From the NCBI GenBank assembly GCA_963808235.1, contig CAWEEQ010000004.1, positions 781,084 to 845,083 on the forward strand: DNA of 64,000 bases. Reading direction: 5' to 3'. This document shows positions 46,585-55,772 of the stretch, in pieces (positions within the stretch are counted from its first letter, which is position 1; every line of letters starts with the position of its first letter). The position numbers and the translations under genes were made by a program. The DNA is from an uncultured delta proteobacterium (GTDB lineage Bacteria; Desulfobacterota; Binatia; Binatales; Binataceae). Below the pieces are notes generated by a model. It saw nothing but the letters and a program-made list of their open reading frames with translations, was not told the DNA's origin and did not search any database.

Positions 46585-47385
46585 ATGAGGCAGAGGACTA
46601 ATAATCTTCCGATACTGATGTATCACGCGATCTGGTCGGGCGCGGACGGTGCGATCCCCAGGACGTCGAGCATCGAGCACGCTGTAAAGGATCGTGACTT
46701 CCGCGCGCAACTCGATGCGATCGTCAGTGGCGCGTTTCACACCATCAAGCTCGCCGACCTCGAGCATCCGGTTGATGCGCCGAAGCCGCTGTTGATCACC
46801 TTCGATGACGGCCATGAAAGCGACTTCACCATCGCCGCGCCCGAGCTCGCGCGGCGAAATCTGCACGCAATCTTTTTTGTCGTATGGTCCTACCTCGGAC
46901 AGCCCGGCTATCTGAGTCGAGAACAAGTGCTCGCGTTGCGTGAGCAAGGATTCGAAATCGGTTCGCATGGACTGACCCACGTCCCGCTCAGCAAGATAAG
47001 TCCGGCGCAAGCGTCGAACGAAATCCTCGAATCGAAGCACAGACTGGAAGACTTGCTCCAGCAGCCAATCGCAGGGCTTGCGCTTCCGTTCGGCCATTAC
47101 AACGATGCGGTGCTGAAAGCCGCGTGGGCCGCCGGCTATCGCCGGGTGATGACCTCGGACTTCAGGATTGCCAATCGGGAGCATCGGATCATGCCGCGGA
47201 TGGGACCGATGGCTGAGCATACGCTGGAGGATTTCAAGTGGATGCTCGAAGCGAGTCGTGCAGCCGCGATTCGTCATCGCACGATTGAGGCGATTGGTGA
47301 GCGGTTGAAACGCTTTATCAGCTATGGAGAGGCGCTGCTGATGCGCGCCCAGAATGGGGAGGTTCTAGCCAAGCCCGAGAAATAG
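46585..47385 (+). CDS. Polysaccharide deacetylase family protein (NodB homology, PEP-CTERM-locus type)
   Basis: NodB motifs LITFDDGHESDF and IGSHGLTHVPL. The start was chosen at the first ATG after the upstream stop. Confidence 0.75.
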   Translation: MRQRTNNLPILMYHAIWSGADGAIPRTSSIEHAVKDRDFRAQLDAIVSGAFHTIKLADLEHPVDAPKPLLITFDDGHESDFTIAAPELARRNLHAIFFVVWSYLGQPGYLSREQVLALREQGFEIGSHGLTHVPLSKISPAQASNEILESKHRLEDLLQQPIAGLALPFGHYNDAVLKAAWAAGYRRVMTSDFRIANREHRIMPRMGPMAEHTLEDFKWMLEASRAAAIRHRTIEAIGERLKRFISYGEALLMRAQNGEVLAKPEK

Positions 47386-47410
47386 TCGGCGCTGACTGAA
47401 AACAAATAAA

Positions 47411-48277
47411 ATGCGTGAACACGAAATGGCCGAATTCTTTCGAGCGCTGGGGCACAAGATCGTCCAGACCCGGAGCTGTTTCTGGTACAGCTCGCAGCGC
47501 TTCCTCTACAAGAACCTGCCGATTCATCGCAACGTCGACCCCTCGCAGTCCGAACTCGCCAAGGTGATGTTCCGCGGGACCGCATTGGCAATTCGTTATC
47601 CGGAAACCGCCGGCGAATCGACCCCGGACGGCGGGATTTACGTTTGCGCGGACCGGAATTACGACTTCGCGTCGCTTACCGCCAATGCTCGCAGCCATAC
47701 CCGGCGTGGACTTGCGCGCAACATCGTCGAACAGGTCGATTTCAATGATCTCGCGAACAAGGCTTACCCGCTAATCCAGGAAACCAACCTGCGCCAGACC
47801 GGAAAACAGCCGATGCGCAGCGAGTCGCATTGGAGATCGTTTTGCGAACTCTCACGCCGAACGCCCGGGCTGGAGGCTTGGGCCGCGTTCGTTGACGGTG
47901 AGCTGGCCGCGTTTATCGTCGCGATGATGGCCGAGGATTGTTACTACCTTCACCTGCAAAAGAGCGCGTCGGCCCTGCTCAAGCACTATTCCAACAACGC
48001 CTTGCTGTTCACCGTGATGAAAGCGGCGCTCGCACGTCCCGAAGTCGGCTGGGTTTCCAACGGACAGATCGCGCTGGCCGCGAAAGAGGGTCTTTACCAT
48101 TTCAAGACCAGCATGGGCTTCGACATCCATCCGTTTAAAGAGCGGCTGGTTTTCAATCCGCTGATCAAGCCTGGTCTGTGGGCGGGCAGGGCGCTGACCA
48201 GCCGGCTCACGAAGGTCAATCCGGAAAATCTTTTCTGGCGGAGAGCTTCACGGGCATTCGACCTGGCGGGGGATTGA
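47411..48277 (+). CDS. FemAB-like / GNAT-fold acyltransferase (PEP-CTERM-system-associated type)
   Basis: 288 aa. Its position and size match the FemAB-related proteins of exosortase loci. The assignment rests on length and context plus weak motif similarity. Confidence 0.5.
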   Translation: MREHEMAEFFRALGHKIVQTRSCFWYSSQRFLYKNLPIHRNVDPSQSELAKVMFRGTALAIRYPETAGESTPDGGIYVCADRNYDFASLTANARSHTRRGLARNIVEQVDFNDLANKAYPLIQETNLRQTGKQPMRSESHWRSFCELSRRTPGLEAWAAFVDGELAAFIVAMMAEDCYYLHLQKSASALLKHYSNNALLFTVMKAALARPEVGWVSNGQIALAAKEGLYHFKTSMGFDIHPFKERLVFNPLIKPGLWAGRALTSRLTKVNPENLFWRRASRAFDLAGD

Positions 48278-48439
48278 GGGCCAGTGAAGACGCATCAAAT
48301 GTCACTGGAAGGTTTGCTCGGAGTCGACGAGACGCAACACGGCCCCTGCAGGAATAGGGCGTTCGGATCAGGCACCGGTATCGTCGGTTGTGAAGGGCCC
48401 TGTATCGGAAATTATCTGAGTCCGGAGGGAACTGGCAGA

Positions 48440-48856
48440 TCAGGCTTCGACTTCCGCGGGCAGGTCTCGAAGGCATTTGCCGCAAAGCGCGTAGCACTCT
48501 TCCGGATCATCGCTCATGGCAAGAATTGCTACCACCCACGAATTGAGATCCGCGCACCGATGACAAACGAGCAAGCCACCTTCGGATCGAATCTTGAACC
48601 AGCACTCGGCGATTGTCACCGGATCTTCGATCAATTCGACGCGTACGCAACTGTCTTCAGGTTCCAAGGACGGTTCCATGACTTCTGGTGCTACGAATTT
48701 GGTGCGGCTGTTCATAGTTAAACCCCTCAGCAAGGTCGCATCGAGCCCTAATCGAGCAACCATCATGCCAGTCAACCGCTTCCTTTCGCCCCGATTAAGG
48801 ACGGCAATTTGATAAGGATTGTGGGCATTGGGAAGGAAATGCCCGGTCGGCGCCAA
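48440..48856 (-). CDS. Hypothetical CxxC...CxxC protein on the minus strand between two plus-strand operon genes (uncertain)
   Basis: A 138-aa ORF with CHRC...CGKC. It fits in the gap once the methyltransferase start is moved to 48873, but it has no recognisable RBS and no known domain. Confidence 0.3.
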   Translation of the reverse strand: MAPTGHFLPNAHNPYQIAVLNRGERKRLTGMMVARLGLDATLLRGLTMNSRTKFVAPEVMEPSLEPEDSCVRVELIEDPVTIAECWFKIRSEGGLLVCHRCADLNSWVVAILAMSDDPEECYALCGKCLRDLPAEVEA

Positions 48857-48872
48857 TTCGGGAGGTTTGTCG

Positions 48873-49745
48873 ATGCTGTTGGAGTCTAAAGAGGTGAAAA
48901 ATTTACGGGATTACCGGATTGAGCCTGATACGGCAATTCCGTTAAGGGTTGTTCGTCCAAGTAGAGTCAGGGAACTAACGATGTTCGAGGGAATATCGAG
49001 AGCGCCGTCTGATCATGGACCAGACGATGAACATGGGAATAGACTCCGCGGCCACCTGAAACGACGGGCCATCGATGAGATCGAACGGCTTTTCGGTTGG
49101 CTGAACAAACGCCAGCGAATCGAACCATCGGCACAACTGGTCAAGGTGAACCTGGGCAGCGGACTCTTCGTGGCTCCGGGATGGATCAACCTGGATGCCA
49201 GCGTAAAAACCGTGTTCGCGAGGCTCCCGCGTTTCGCGCTGCGCTGGACCTATCCGCTGGCGAACGTCCGGAACACGCACTCGCGCGATGAATTCGTCGC
49301 CTTGCTGCGGGATAATCGGTTTATTTTCCACAATTTGAAATATGGAATCCCGCTTCGAGATTCTTCGGTTGATTTCATTTATGCCTCCCACATGTTGCAT
49401 CACCTCTATCGTGACGACGCTTTGAAACTTCTTCGGGAGGCAATCCGGGTGCTCAAGCCAGGCGGCACCATGAGAATTGCGGTGCCAGATCTCGAACTTA
49501 TCGTCCGGCTATATCTGGAAGGGAGACGCGAGCAGGCACTGGGATATTTTTTCTATTTGCGGAGTCCAAGGAGCAACTTGAGCAGGCGCTACTATCAGTA
49601 CGATTTCACGCTCTTGAAGGTTCTTATGGAAGAAGCCGGAGCGCGGAACGTCCGACGTTGCAAGTTTCGGGAGGGCAGGGTCCCTGACCTCGAGCAGCTC
49701 GACCGGTTGTCCGAGGAGACCCTGTTCGTGGAAGGGGAACGTTAA
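48873..49745 (+). CDS. Class I SAM-dependent methyltransferase
   Basis: Motif I-like GSGLFVAPGWINLD and the Methyltransf_11-type region LREAIRVLKPGGTMRIAVPD. GGGAGG lies 7 nt upstream of 48873. Confidence 0.7.
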   Translation: MLLESKEVKNLRDYRIEPDTAIPLRVVRPSRVRELTMFEGISRAPSDHGPDDEHGNRLRGHLKRRAIDEIERLFGWLNKRQRIEPSAQLVKVNLGSGLFVAPGWINLDASVKTVFARLPRFALRWTYPLANVRNTHSRDEFVALLRDNRFIFHNLKYGIPLRDSSVDFIYASHMLHHLYRDDALKLLREAIRVLKPGGTMRIAVPDLELIVRLYLEGRREQALGYFFYLRSPRSNLSRRYYQYDFTLLKVLMEEAGARNVRRCKFREGRVPDLEQLDRLSEETLFVEGER

Positions 49746-49838
49746 TCTCCCGATCTAAAAAAACTATACATATAAGGATTATATGCTTCAAATATCATCA
49801 AATAGTACTAAGAATCATGGACAGTAATGAAGTCACCA

Positions 49839-49847
49839 TGGTATAAT
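49839..49847 (+). promoter_or_regulatory. Extended -10 promoter element TGgTATAAT upstream of the CRP/FNR gene
   Basis: Exact match to the TGnTATAAT consensus within a 140-bp AT-rich intergenic region. It is followed by an AGGGG-TTTTCGA-CCCCT stem-loop (49859..49875) and the ATG at 49885. Confidence 0.55.
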
Positions 49848-49884
49848 AAGGTACAGCAAGGGGTTTTCGACCCCTGAAGCTATC

Positions 49885-50718
49885 ATGAAGCGGCTCAGAC
49901 GCCCAAGAAAGCGAATTTTGGATGCTTCCGCCAGTCCGCCGGTGGAAAAGCCCTTGGAAATTCAGGCCCTTTTGAAGCTCTTTCCGACCCTCGAATCCGA
50001 AAAACTCAAACGGCTGGCCGGCGAGATGTCGTTGGTGCGATTCAAACGAGGCGATCGCATTCGCGTCGACACCCAGTCATCGACGGACGTACTGGTGGTT
50101 TTGAAGGGAGCGATCGCGATCACCTGGCAGCACGACAGCCGCCATCAGGTGCTGGTCACGATGCTCGCGCCGGGAGAAATGTACGCGGTTTCCACGCTGC
50201 TACCCGAGATGGCGCAAGGCCTGAAAGGCTGCGCATTCACCAGCAGCCTGGTAGCGACGATCGATTCGAAGAGGCTGGTGGAGATAGTTCTCGGCGTCGG
50301 GCTGGGAGCGTTCAAATCAGCGATGGAAATGACGGTTGGATGGTCGGCCGAAACGCTCATGCGATACATCAAGATGTTTCACATGGCGCCGCGCGATCGT
50401 CTAGTCATTGCGCTGATCGAGATGGGCGCAAAGTTCGGCGTGCGTGACTCGAGAGGCCTCATTCTGAATTTGCCGATGACTCAGAAGGACCTGGCCAACC
50501 TGCTGGGCGCATCGCGGCAAAAGGTCAACGCATACCTGGGCGAACTGGTGCGCATGGGAGCGGTGATCAATCTGAGCCGGCAGATCGTTCTGGTTCCGGA
50601 CAAGCTATTCGCGTTGGTCGGCGATCCCGATGTCCATTACTACAGCGCGCCGCACAAGCATTCGGTTGCCAAACCGCACGACCTCTCGTCGCATTCAAGA
50701 CGCGAGATGCATCTCTAA
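49885..50718 (+). CDS. Crp/Fnr family transcriptional regulator (cNMP-binding domain + C-terminal HTH, with about 40-aa C-terminal extension)
   Basis: An effector-binding beta-roll (FKRGDRIRVDTQSSTDVLVVLKGAIAI) and the HTH LPMTQKDLANLLGASRQKVNAYLGELVRMGAV. Confidence 0.8.
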   Translation: MKRLRRPRKRILDASASPPVEKPLEIQALLKLFPTLESEKLKRLAGEMSLVRFKRGDRIRVDTQSSTDVLVVLKGAIAITWQHDSRHQVLVTMLAPGEMYAVSTLLPEMAQGLKGCAFTSSLVATIDSKRLVEIVLGVGLGAFKSAMEMTVGWSAETLMRYIKMFHMAPRDRLVIALIEMGAKFGVRDSRGLILNLPMTQKDLANLLGASRQKVNAYLGELVRMGAVINLSRQIVLVPDKLFALVGDPDVHYYSAPHKHSVAKPHDLSSHSRREMHL

Positions 50719-50844
50719 AAAGTTTGTTGCCGCGATCCGCGTGGAAATACTGCAACCGCGGGATCGCTTGACAGAACCTTGGCGCGCAATGTACTTTGCA
50801 TTGCAAAGCTATTTGCCGAATGGGCTCCTGGAATCGCCGACTAT

Positions 50845-51465
50845 ATGAAAGACCTGAACGAAGCGCTCACCGAGATCTCGGCGATTCGCGCGCAGATCGT
50901 ACGTACCGCGGAGTTTCGCGGCTATGGACCCGTGACTGTCGCGATGACCAGTCTCGTCGCGATCGCGGCTGCCGTGGTCCAGGCCCGATTCTTCACCGTC
51001 GCGGCGCATGACGTACGGATCTACCTGGCCGTATGGATCTCGACCGCCGCGATCGCGACCGGCCTTATTGGGTTCGAAATGGTGACTCGGTCGCGAACGA
51101 TCCATTCGGGTCTCGCCCAGGAGATGATCTTTCACGCCGTTGAGCAGCTCGTTCCATCGCTAATGGCCGGGGTCCTGATAATGGCCGTGCTAATCAGGGT
51201 CGCTCCTGAAGCCGTCTGGATGCTTCCCGGCCTGTGGCAGATCATCTTCAGCCTTGGCGTATTCGCCTCAGCGCGATTTCTGCCGCGAGCGGTGTTCGCG
51301 GTCGCGGCCTGGTATCTTGTCGCCGGCCTTGTTTGCCTCTCATGGGCTGCGGCCGAGCGCACGCTGTCGCCGTGGATGATGGGAATTCCATTCGGCGTCG
51401 GCCAGTTGCTGGCCGCGTCGATTCTGCAATGGAGTGAAACAGGTATCGATGGCTCAACCGAGTAA
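50845..51465 (+). CDS. Hypothetical integral membrane protein
   Basis: About 4-5 hydrophobic helices. The ORF-track start at 50779 is a TTG; the ATG at 50845 (MKDLNEAL) is preferred. Confidence 0.5.
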   Translation: MKDLNEALTEISAIRAQIVRTAEFRGYGPVTVAMTSLVAIAAAVVQARFFTVAAHDVRIYLAVWISTAAIATGLIGFEMVTRSRTIHSGLAQEMIFHAVEQLVPSLMAGVLIMAVLIRVAPEAVWMLPGLWQIIFSLGVFASARFLPRAVFAVAAWYLVAGLVCLSWAAAERTLSPWMMGIPFGVGQLLAASILQWSETGIDGSTE

Positions 51466-51835
51466 AGACAAGCCGCGCGCGGGCCGCTTTTCATACGAAG
51501 GTCTCGACCGCGTGATCCACGAGCGGGCCCGGCTCAGCATTCTGACGTCTCTAATCGCCAACAAGCACGGTCTTTTGTTTGCCGATTTGAAGCGGCTCTG
51601 CGCGCTCAGCGACGGTAACCTGAGCCGCCATCTTCAGGTTCTTCAGGAGGCGAAATTGATCGCGGTATCCAAGGGCTTTGAAAAGAATCGGCCGCAGACG
51701 GCATGCCGGATCACCGCGCTGGGACGCGCACGCTACCTCGAATACCTCGAAGTTCTCGAGCAAGTGGTGCGCGATGCGGCGGCGGGGTTGAACGAACAGC
51801 CGCGTGGCGTAGCGGAGCGCCTAGCGCCGACCTGA
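51434..51835 (+). CDS. Winged-helix transcriptional regulator (ArsR/PadR-like fold)
   Basis: [47 protein letters not shown] is a wHTH recognition-helix pattern. It overlaps the upstream membrane-protein gene. Confidence 0.55.
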   Translation: MKQVSMAQPSKDKPRAGRFSYEGLDRVIHERARLSILTSLIANKHGLLFADLKRLCALSDGNLSRHLQVLQEAKLIAVSKGFEKNRPQTACRITALGRARYLEYLEVLEQVVRDAAAGLNEQPRGVAERLAPT

Positions 51836-51860
51836 GATTTTTTTAATTGGTTACTCTACG

Positions 51861-52622
51861 ATGCCAAGTACTCTACAATGCAATGCTAACCTTCACGTCG
51901 CAATTATCATGGATGGCAACGGACGCTGGGCCACCAGCCGCCGTCTGCCGCGCTCCGCTGGCCATCGCGCAGGCATCCAGGCGGTGCGCGCAGCGGTCGA
52001 GGCGGCGTTCGACTTCGGTATCAAAACGCTCACCCTGTTCGCCTTTTCCTCCGACAACTGGCTGCGACCTCGGGACGAGGTCAAGTCGCTGATGTGGATG
52101 CTTCGCGGCTACCTCCGCAGCGACACGCGCCGCTTCATCGAGAGTGGCTCGCGCGTGGTCGTGATCGGCCGCCGCGACCGCTTGCCGGCGTCCATCCGCG
52201 CGGAGATCCGTCGAATCGAACGCGCGACTGCGCACGGCCGACGCCTTACGGTGCGAGTCGCAATCGACTACTCCTCGCGGGATTCCATACTGCGGGCCGC
52301 ATCGAGGCTGCCCGCGGGGCGACTCTGGTCGCGCGAGGATTTCGCGCGCTTCCTGGTCGAGCCGCCTGCAATCGCCGATACCCGTCCGCCGCTCGATAGC
52401 GAGGTTGACCTGCTTATCCGAACCGGTGGCGAGCAGCGGCTTTCCGATTTCATGCTGTGGGAATCGGCGTACGCGGAACTGCTTTTCAGCGATCTGATGT
52501 GGCCCGAGTTCGGAGCCAACGAGCTCAAGTCGGCGGTTGAAGAGTTTCATCGCCGCGAGCGGCGCTTCGGAACCCTCATAATTTCCAAACCCAACGCGGC
52601 CTTCGCGCCAGGAGAATCATGA
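51861..52622 (+). CDS. uppS: Undecaprenyl-diphosphate synthase (isoprenyl transferase)
   Basis: [13 protein letters not shown] and [25 protein letters not shown] are diagnostic UPPS motifs. Confidence 0.9.
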   Translation: MPSTLQCNANLHVAIIMDGNGRWATSRRLPRSAGHRAGIQAVRAAVEAAFDFGIKTLTLFAFSSDNWLRPRDEVKSLMWMLRGYLRSDTRRFIESGSRVVVIGRRDRLPASIRAEIRRIERATAHGRRLTVRVAIDYSSRDSILRAASRLPAGRLWSREDFARFLVEPPAIADTRPPLDSEVDLLIRTGGEQRLSDFMLWESAYAELLFSDLMWPEFGANELKSAVEEFHRRERRFGTLIISKPNAAFAPGES

Positions 52623-53434
52623 ATCGATCAACGCAGGATTGGGTGGATCACTTTCGCTGGAACGGTTCGGTTGCGATGCGCATCCCATGGCATATCGGTC
52701 CCGATTTGAGCGATGAGGAACGGGCTGCGATCTCTCATTCAATCCAGATGTTCCAGCTCGGAGAGAACTCGGAGGGTCGGCATCTGATGCGCTACGCGAA
52801 AGAGTGGGCCGCCCGCACCGGCGACATCGCCTACCCGGAGGCGATCAGGATGCTGATCGTCGAAGAACAGCGCCACGCCGGTGTGCTGGGCCGCTTCATG
52901 GAGGTCAATGGAATTGCGCGCGTCAAAGGCGGCTGCACCGACGGAGTTTTCCGACGGGTGCGAAATATGTTCGGCACGCTGGAGATCTCGATCAGTGTCC
53001 TGGTGACGGCCGAGATCATCGCGAAGATTTACTATCCGGCATTGAGCGAGGCGACCGCGTCGATCGTCCTGCGCGAAATTTGCAAGCAGATTTATCGTGA
53101 GGAAATTGCGCACGTGGAGTTCCAAACCGAGCAACTGGCGCGCATCCGGGCCGGGCGGAATGCGTCGGGCATGTGGGCGACCCGCTTTTTTCACCGCGCG
53201 CTCTTCTATCCGACCGTCATCGTAGTCGGCGCGTCTCATCAGATGACGTTGCGCCGCGGCGGTTTATCGCTGCGGCAGTTCTTCTCGCGATGCCACCGGC
53301 AATTCGTGCGCGACCTTGCCGCGATGGAACCGGACCGGAACTCGCGCCGGAGCGAAGGGCGCGCTATCGAGACCCGAGGAAAAGTGCCTATCGAGGATCT
53401 TCCGTCAACTGCGATTCACAACATTCAGTCATAA
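52619..53434 (+). CDS. Ferritin-like diiron-carboxylate domain protein, hypothetical
   Basis: Two E-x-x-H motifs ([19 protein letters not shown]) spaced as in ferritin-like four-helix bundles. It overlaps the uppS stop by 4 nt. Confidence 0.55.
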   Translation: MNRSTQDWVDHFRWNGSVAMRIPWHIGPDLSDEERAAISHSIQMFQLGENSEGRHLMRYAKEWAARTGDIAYPEAIRMLIVEEQRHAGVLGRFMEVNGIARVKGGCTDGVFRRVRNMFGTLEISISVLVTAEIIAKIYYPALSEATASIVLREICKQIYREEIAHVEFQTEQLARIRAGRNASGMWATRFFHRALFYPTVIVVGASHQMTLRRGGLSLRQFFSRCHRQFVRDLAAMEPDRNSRRSEGRAIETRGKVPIEDLPSTAIHNIQS

Positions 53435-53810
53435 TTCTATGACATATAGTTAGCACCAATCCGCGCCACCGAGTCGTAAGGATCCTCGCGATCGATCACC
53501 CCAATAGCTGGATTCGCGAACATCAGCGCGTCCTCGCGGGTATCGCCGGCAGGGCGCTGAAGCCCTGAGCCATGGCGACGCGCTCCGTCGTACCATTAGC
53601 TACGCCGCGTTTCGATTGCTCGATAGAAAGCCCGATCGCCAATCCAGTCAATATCGTTGAGTGTCAACGCGGCGACACTTTCTAGCTTTTCTTAATTTTT
53701 AGGTACAGGATTAATTGAAATCCACCCTTCCCCTTGTGTACCTACTTCACCCAAGACATTTCGAGAATTCGACTGCGGATTGTGTCCTTAGCGCGTTGAC
53801 CTGTTGACCG

Positions 53811-55274
53811 GTGCCGGCGTGTGTAGGGCGAGAGCTGGGGAGTAGCTCTGGTATGGCAGATCGGTCGCGATGGCAGATTCCGGTTACAACGGTACCCGCA
53901 ATCGTACTTGTGTTGCTTGGTTACGATGGCTTGAACTCGCTCATTGGGGGAGCGCAGGCGATCGTTCCAACGCTGACTTACGTTTCAACATCGAATGGCG
54001 CGACCTTTTTCGTATCTCTTGATGGCAGAGATTCGGGGGCGGGTAGCTCGGGTTCTCCGTGGCGGACGATTCAAAAAGCGGCCGACACGTTGCAGCCCGG
54101 GCAGACCGCGATAGTAGCGGCCGGCAACTACGGCGAGCGGGTGGAGATTTCGCATTCGGGGACGCGGACGGCTCGGATCACATTACGAGCCGCGAGCGGT
54201 GCGGACGTTCAGCTCCTGGGCTTCGATCTTACCGGAAGCAACTGGGTGCTGAGCGGGTTTGATATCTCCACCCGCAGGAACGGGCGCCAGGGCTATGGGA
54301 TCCACGTGTCCGGTTCGGCCTCGCACGACATTATTCAGAACAACTACATCCATGAACTTTGCCGCGAGGGGATTTTCATGGAGTCGGGAGTCTCGTACAT
54401 TTCGGTTCTCAACAACCGCATCTGGCGGGCCGAGATGGCGGGTGCGCAGGTCGACGGCACCGACGACCTGATCGAAGGCAACGAAGTCTGGGGAACTCAG
54501 CAGGAGCCGGTCCGGGCCGGTGGAATCTATTCGGGATGCGTAACGCCCGACGGCGCCGACGCGGACGCGTTCCGCTTCTTCGGGCAGCATAACGTGTTCC
54601 GATCCAACTACGCGCACGACGTCTACACCGCGTTGCCGACCAACCCCGATCCGCATACCGACTGCTTTCAGACCTGGGGCAGCACCGCGATGAAGGTGGA
54701 CGACATCCTCATCGAGCGAAACGTCTGCCGCTGGCCGGTCGCGTCGACCAAGGTGGACGCGTCGACCGCGATGATCGAGGGAATCGACGGGCCGGTGGGA
54801 ACAGTGACCTTCCAGAACAACCAACTGTCGAATATGCGGCAGGGGATTGTCGTCGGGAATAAGGTCGAGGCGCTGAAGATCTACAACAACACCTGGGACC
54901 ACATCGTGGAAGAAGCGCTGATCTTCAACGACACGAGATCTCCTGCCGACGAGATCATCAACAATATTTTCTATGACGTCGGCGCTGGCGGCGATGCTTA
55001 CGCGTCGGTTCCGAGCGGCAGCCCGCTCTTCCGGAGCAACGTCTTCTACATGCCGGGCGGTGCCAGCGTTGGCACTTATCCGAGCGTGGAGCCCTATACA
55101 AGCGTCGATCCGAGGTTCGCCAACCCCGGCGACTCGACCGGTGCCGGCGCCGATCTGCATCTCCAGGAAAGCTCGCCGCTCAAGCGCTCCGGGGTAACGC
55201 TTCCCCAGGTTACCGATGACTACTACGGAACCAGCCGCGCCGGTGCGGCGTACTCAGTGGGTGCCGCGCGATGA
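53811..55274 (+). CDS. Secreted right-handed parallel beta-helix protein (pectate-lyase-fold; candidate polysaccharide lyase/hydrolase), paralog A
   Basis: A hydrophobic N-terminal segment, then PbH1-like repeats (GNYGERVEI, GFDLTGSNWVLSGFDIS, GIHVSGSASHDIIQNNYIH, NNRIW...). Alternative start at 53853 (MADRSRW). Confidence 0.65.
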   Translation: MPACVGRELGSSSGMADRSRWQIPVTTVPAIVLVLLGYDGLNSLIGGAQAIVPTLTYVSTSNGATFFVSLDGRDSGAGSSGSPWRTIQKAADTLQPGQTAIVAAGNYGERVEISHSGTRTARITLRAASGADVQLLGFDLTGSNWVLSGFDISTRRNGRQGYGIHVSGSASHDIIQNNYIHELCREGIFMESGVSYISVLNNRIWRAEMAGAQVDGTDDLIEGNEVWGTQQEPVRAGGIYSGCVTPDGADADAFRFFGQHNVFRSNYAHDVYTALPTNPDPHTDCFQTWGSTAMKVDDILIERNVCRWPVASTKVDASTAMIEGIDGPVGTVTFQNNQLSNMRQGIVVGNKVEALKIYNNTWDHIVEEALIFNDTRSPADEIINNIFYDVGAGGDAYASVPSGSPLFRSNVFYMPGGASVGTYPSVEPYTSVDPRFANPGDSTGAGADLHLQESSPLKRSGVTLPQVTDDYYGTSRAGAAYSVGAAR

Positions 55275-55507
55275 TTGTCACTATGGGGACACCGTCGCGC
55301 GCAGTCGGCCGTGGACGGGCAGACCGGTTGCGCGATCCCTCATGTGTCAGGGGCGTAGCCTCTCTGCGACAGTTTGTTGCACCTTCCGCAAACAAGGAAC
55401 CAGTTGTCTTAGTGAGTTGTAGCGAATCACTACAACGCGCAACGGCACATTTCGTGCTCCGCAGACTTGTTGGATTCTCGCGTCGCTTTAGGTTGATCGG
55501 GTTCGCA

Positions 55508-55583
55508 TCGGAGCGTTGCTGTCGCTCCGGTGCGGACCAATTCAAAGCTCCAGCCGGAGCGTTGCTGTCGTTCCGGCGCGGAC
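55508..55583. repeat. Two 30-nt direct repeats (tcggagcgttgctgtcgctccggtgcggac / ccggagcgttgctgtcgttccggcgcggac), each containing a 7-bp inverted repeat CGGAGCG-N7-CGCTCCG
   Basis: Direct reading of the sequence. 27/30 identity with 46 nt spacing, in the 500-bp intergenic region before paralog B. Confidence 0.8.
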
Positions 55584-55721
55584 GGAAACAAACGGAGCGC
55601 GCCGGCAAATGCCCCGCGCTCAGGGGAAAAGGAGTGCGACACTGATGTATCGGTAACTTGCGATGGAGTGCTGTCCATCGCAGGTACCGATCCCACATTG
55701 CACCAAAGCGTTTTTAAGTCA

Positions 55722-55755
55722 GGCGCCACGTGTTGCCTTTAGTGATCGTGGCGTC
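55722..55755 (+). promoter_or_regulatory. 5'-leader inverted repeat GGCGCCACG-N16-CGTGGCGTC, 17 nt upstream of the ATG of paralog B
   Basis: A 9-bp stem. The same element in a covarying form sits at 58031..58064 before paralog C. A GGGGGAG Shine-Dalgarno sequence follows. Confidence 0.6.
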
Positions 55756-55772
55756 GGGCTTGGGGGAGAAAA

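Noticed and set aside
53440-53810. Possible gene remnant in the 370-bp gap before paralog A (short minus-strand frames such as MFANPAIGVIDREDPYDSVARIG)
   Set aside because: No frame exceeds about 30 codons and there is no recognisable domain. It is more likely a promoter region; note the TTGACC-N2-TTGACC at about 53787.
54183-55160. 325-aa minus-strand ORF antisense to the beta-helix paralog A
   Set aside because: It is an artefact of a high-GC antisense frame. The sense strand encodes a conserved repeat architecture shared with paralog C.
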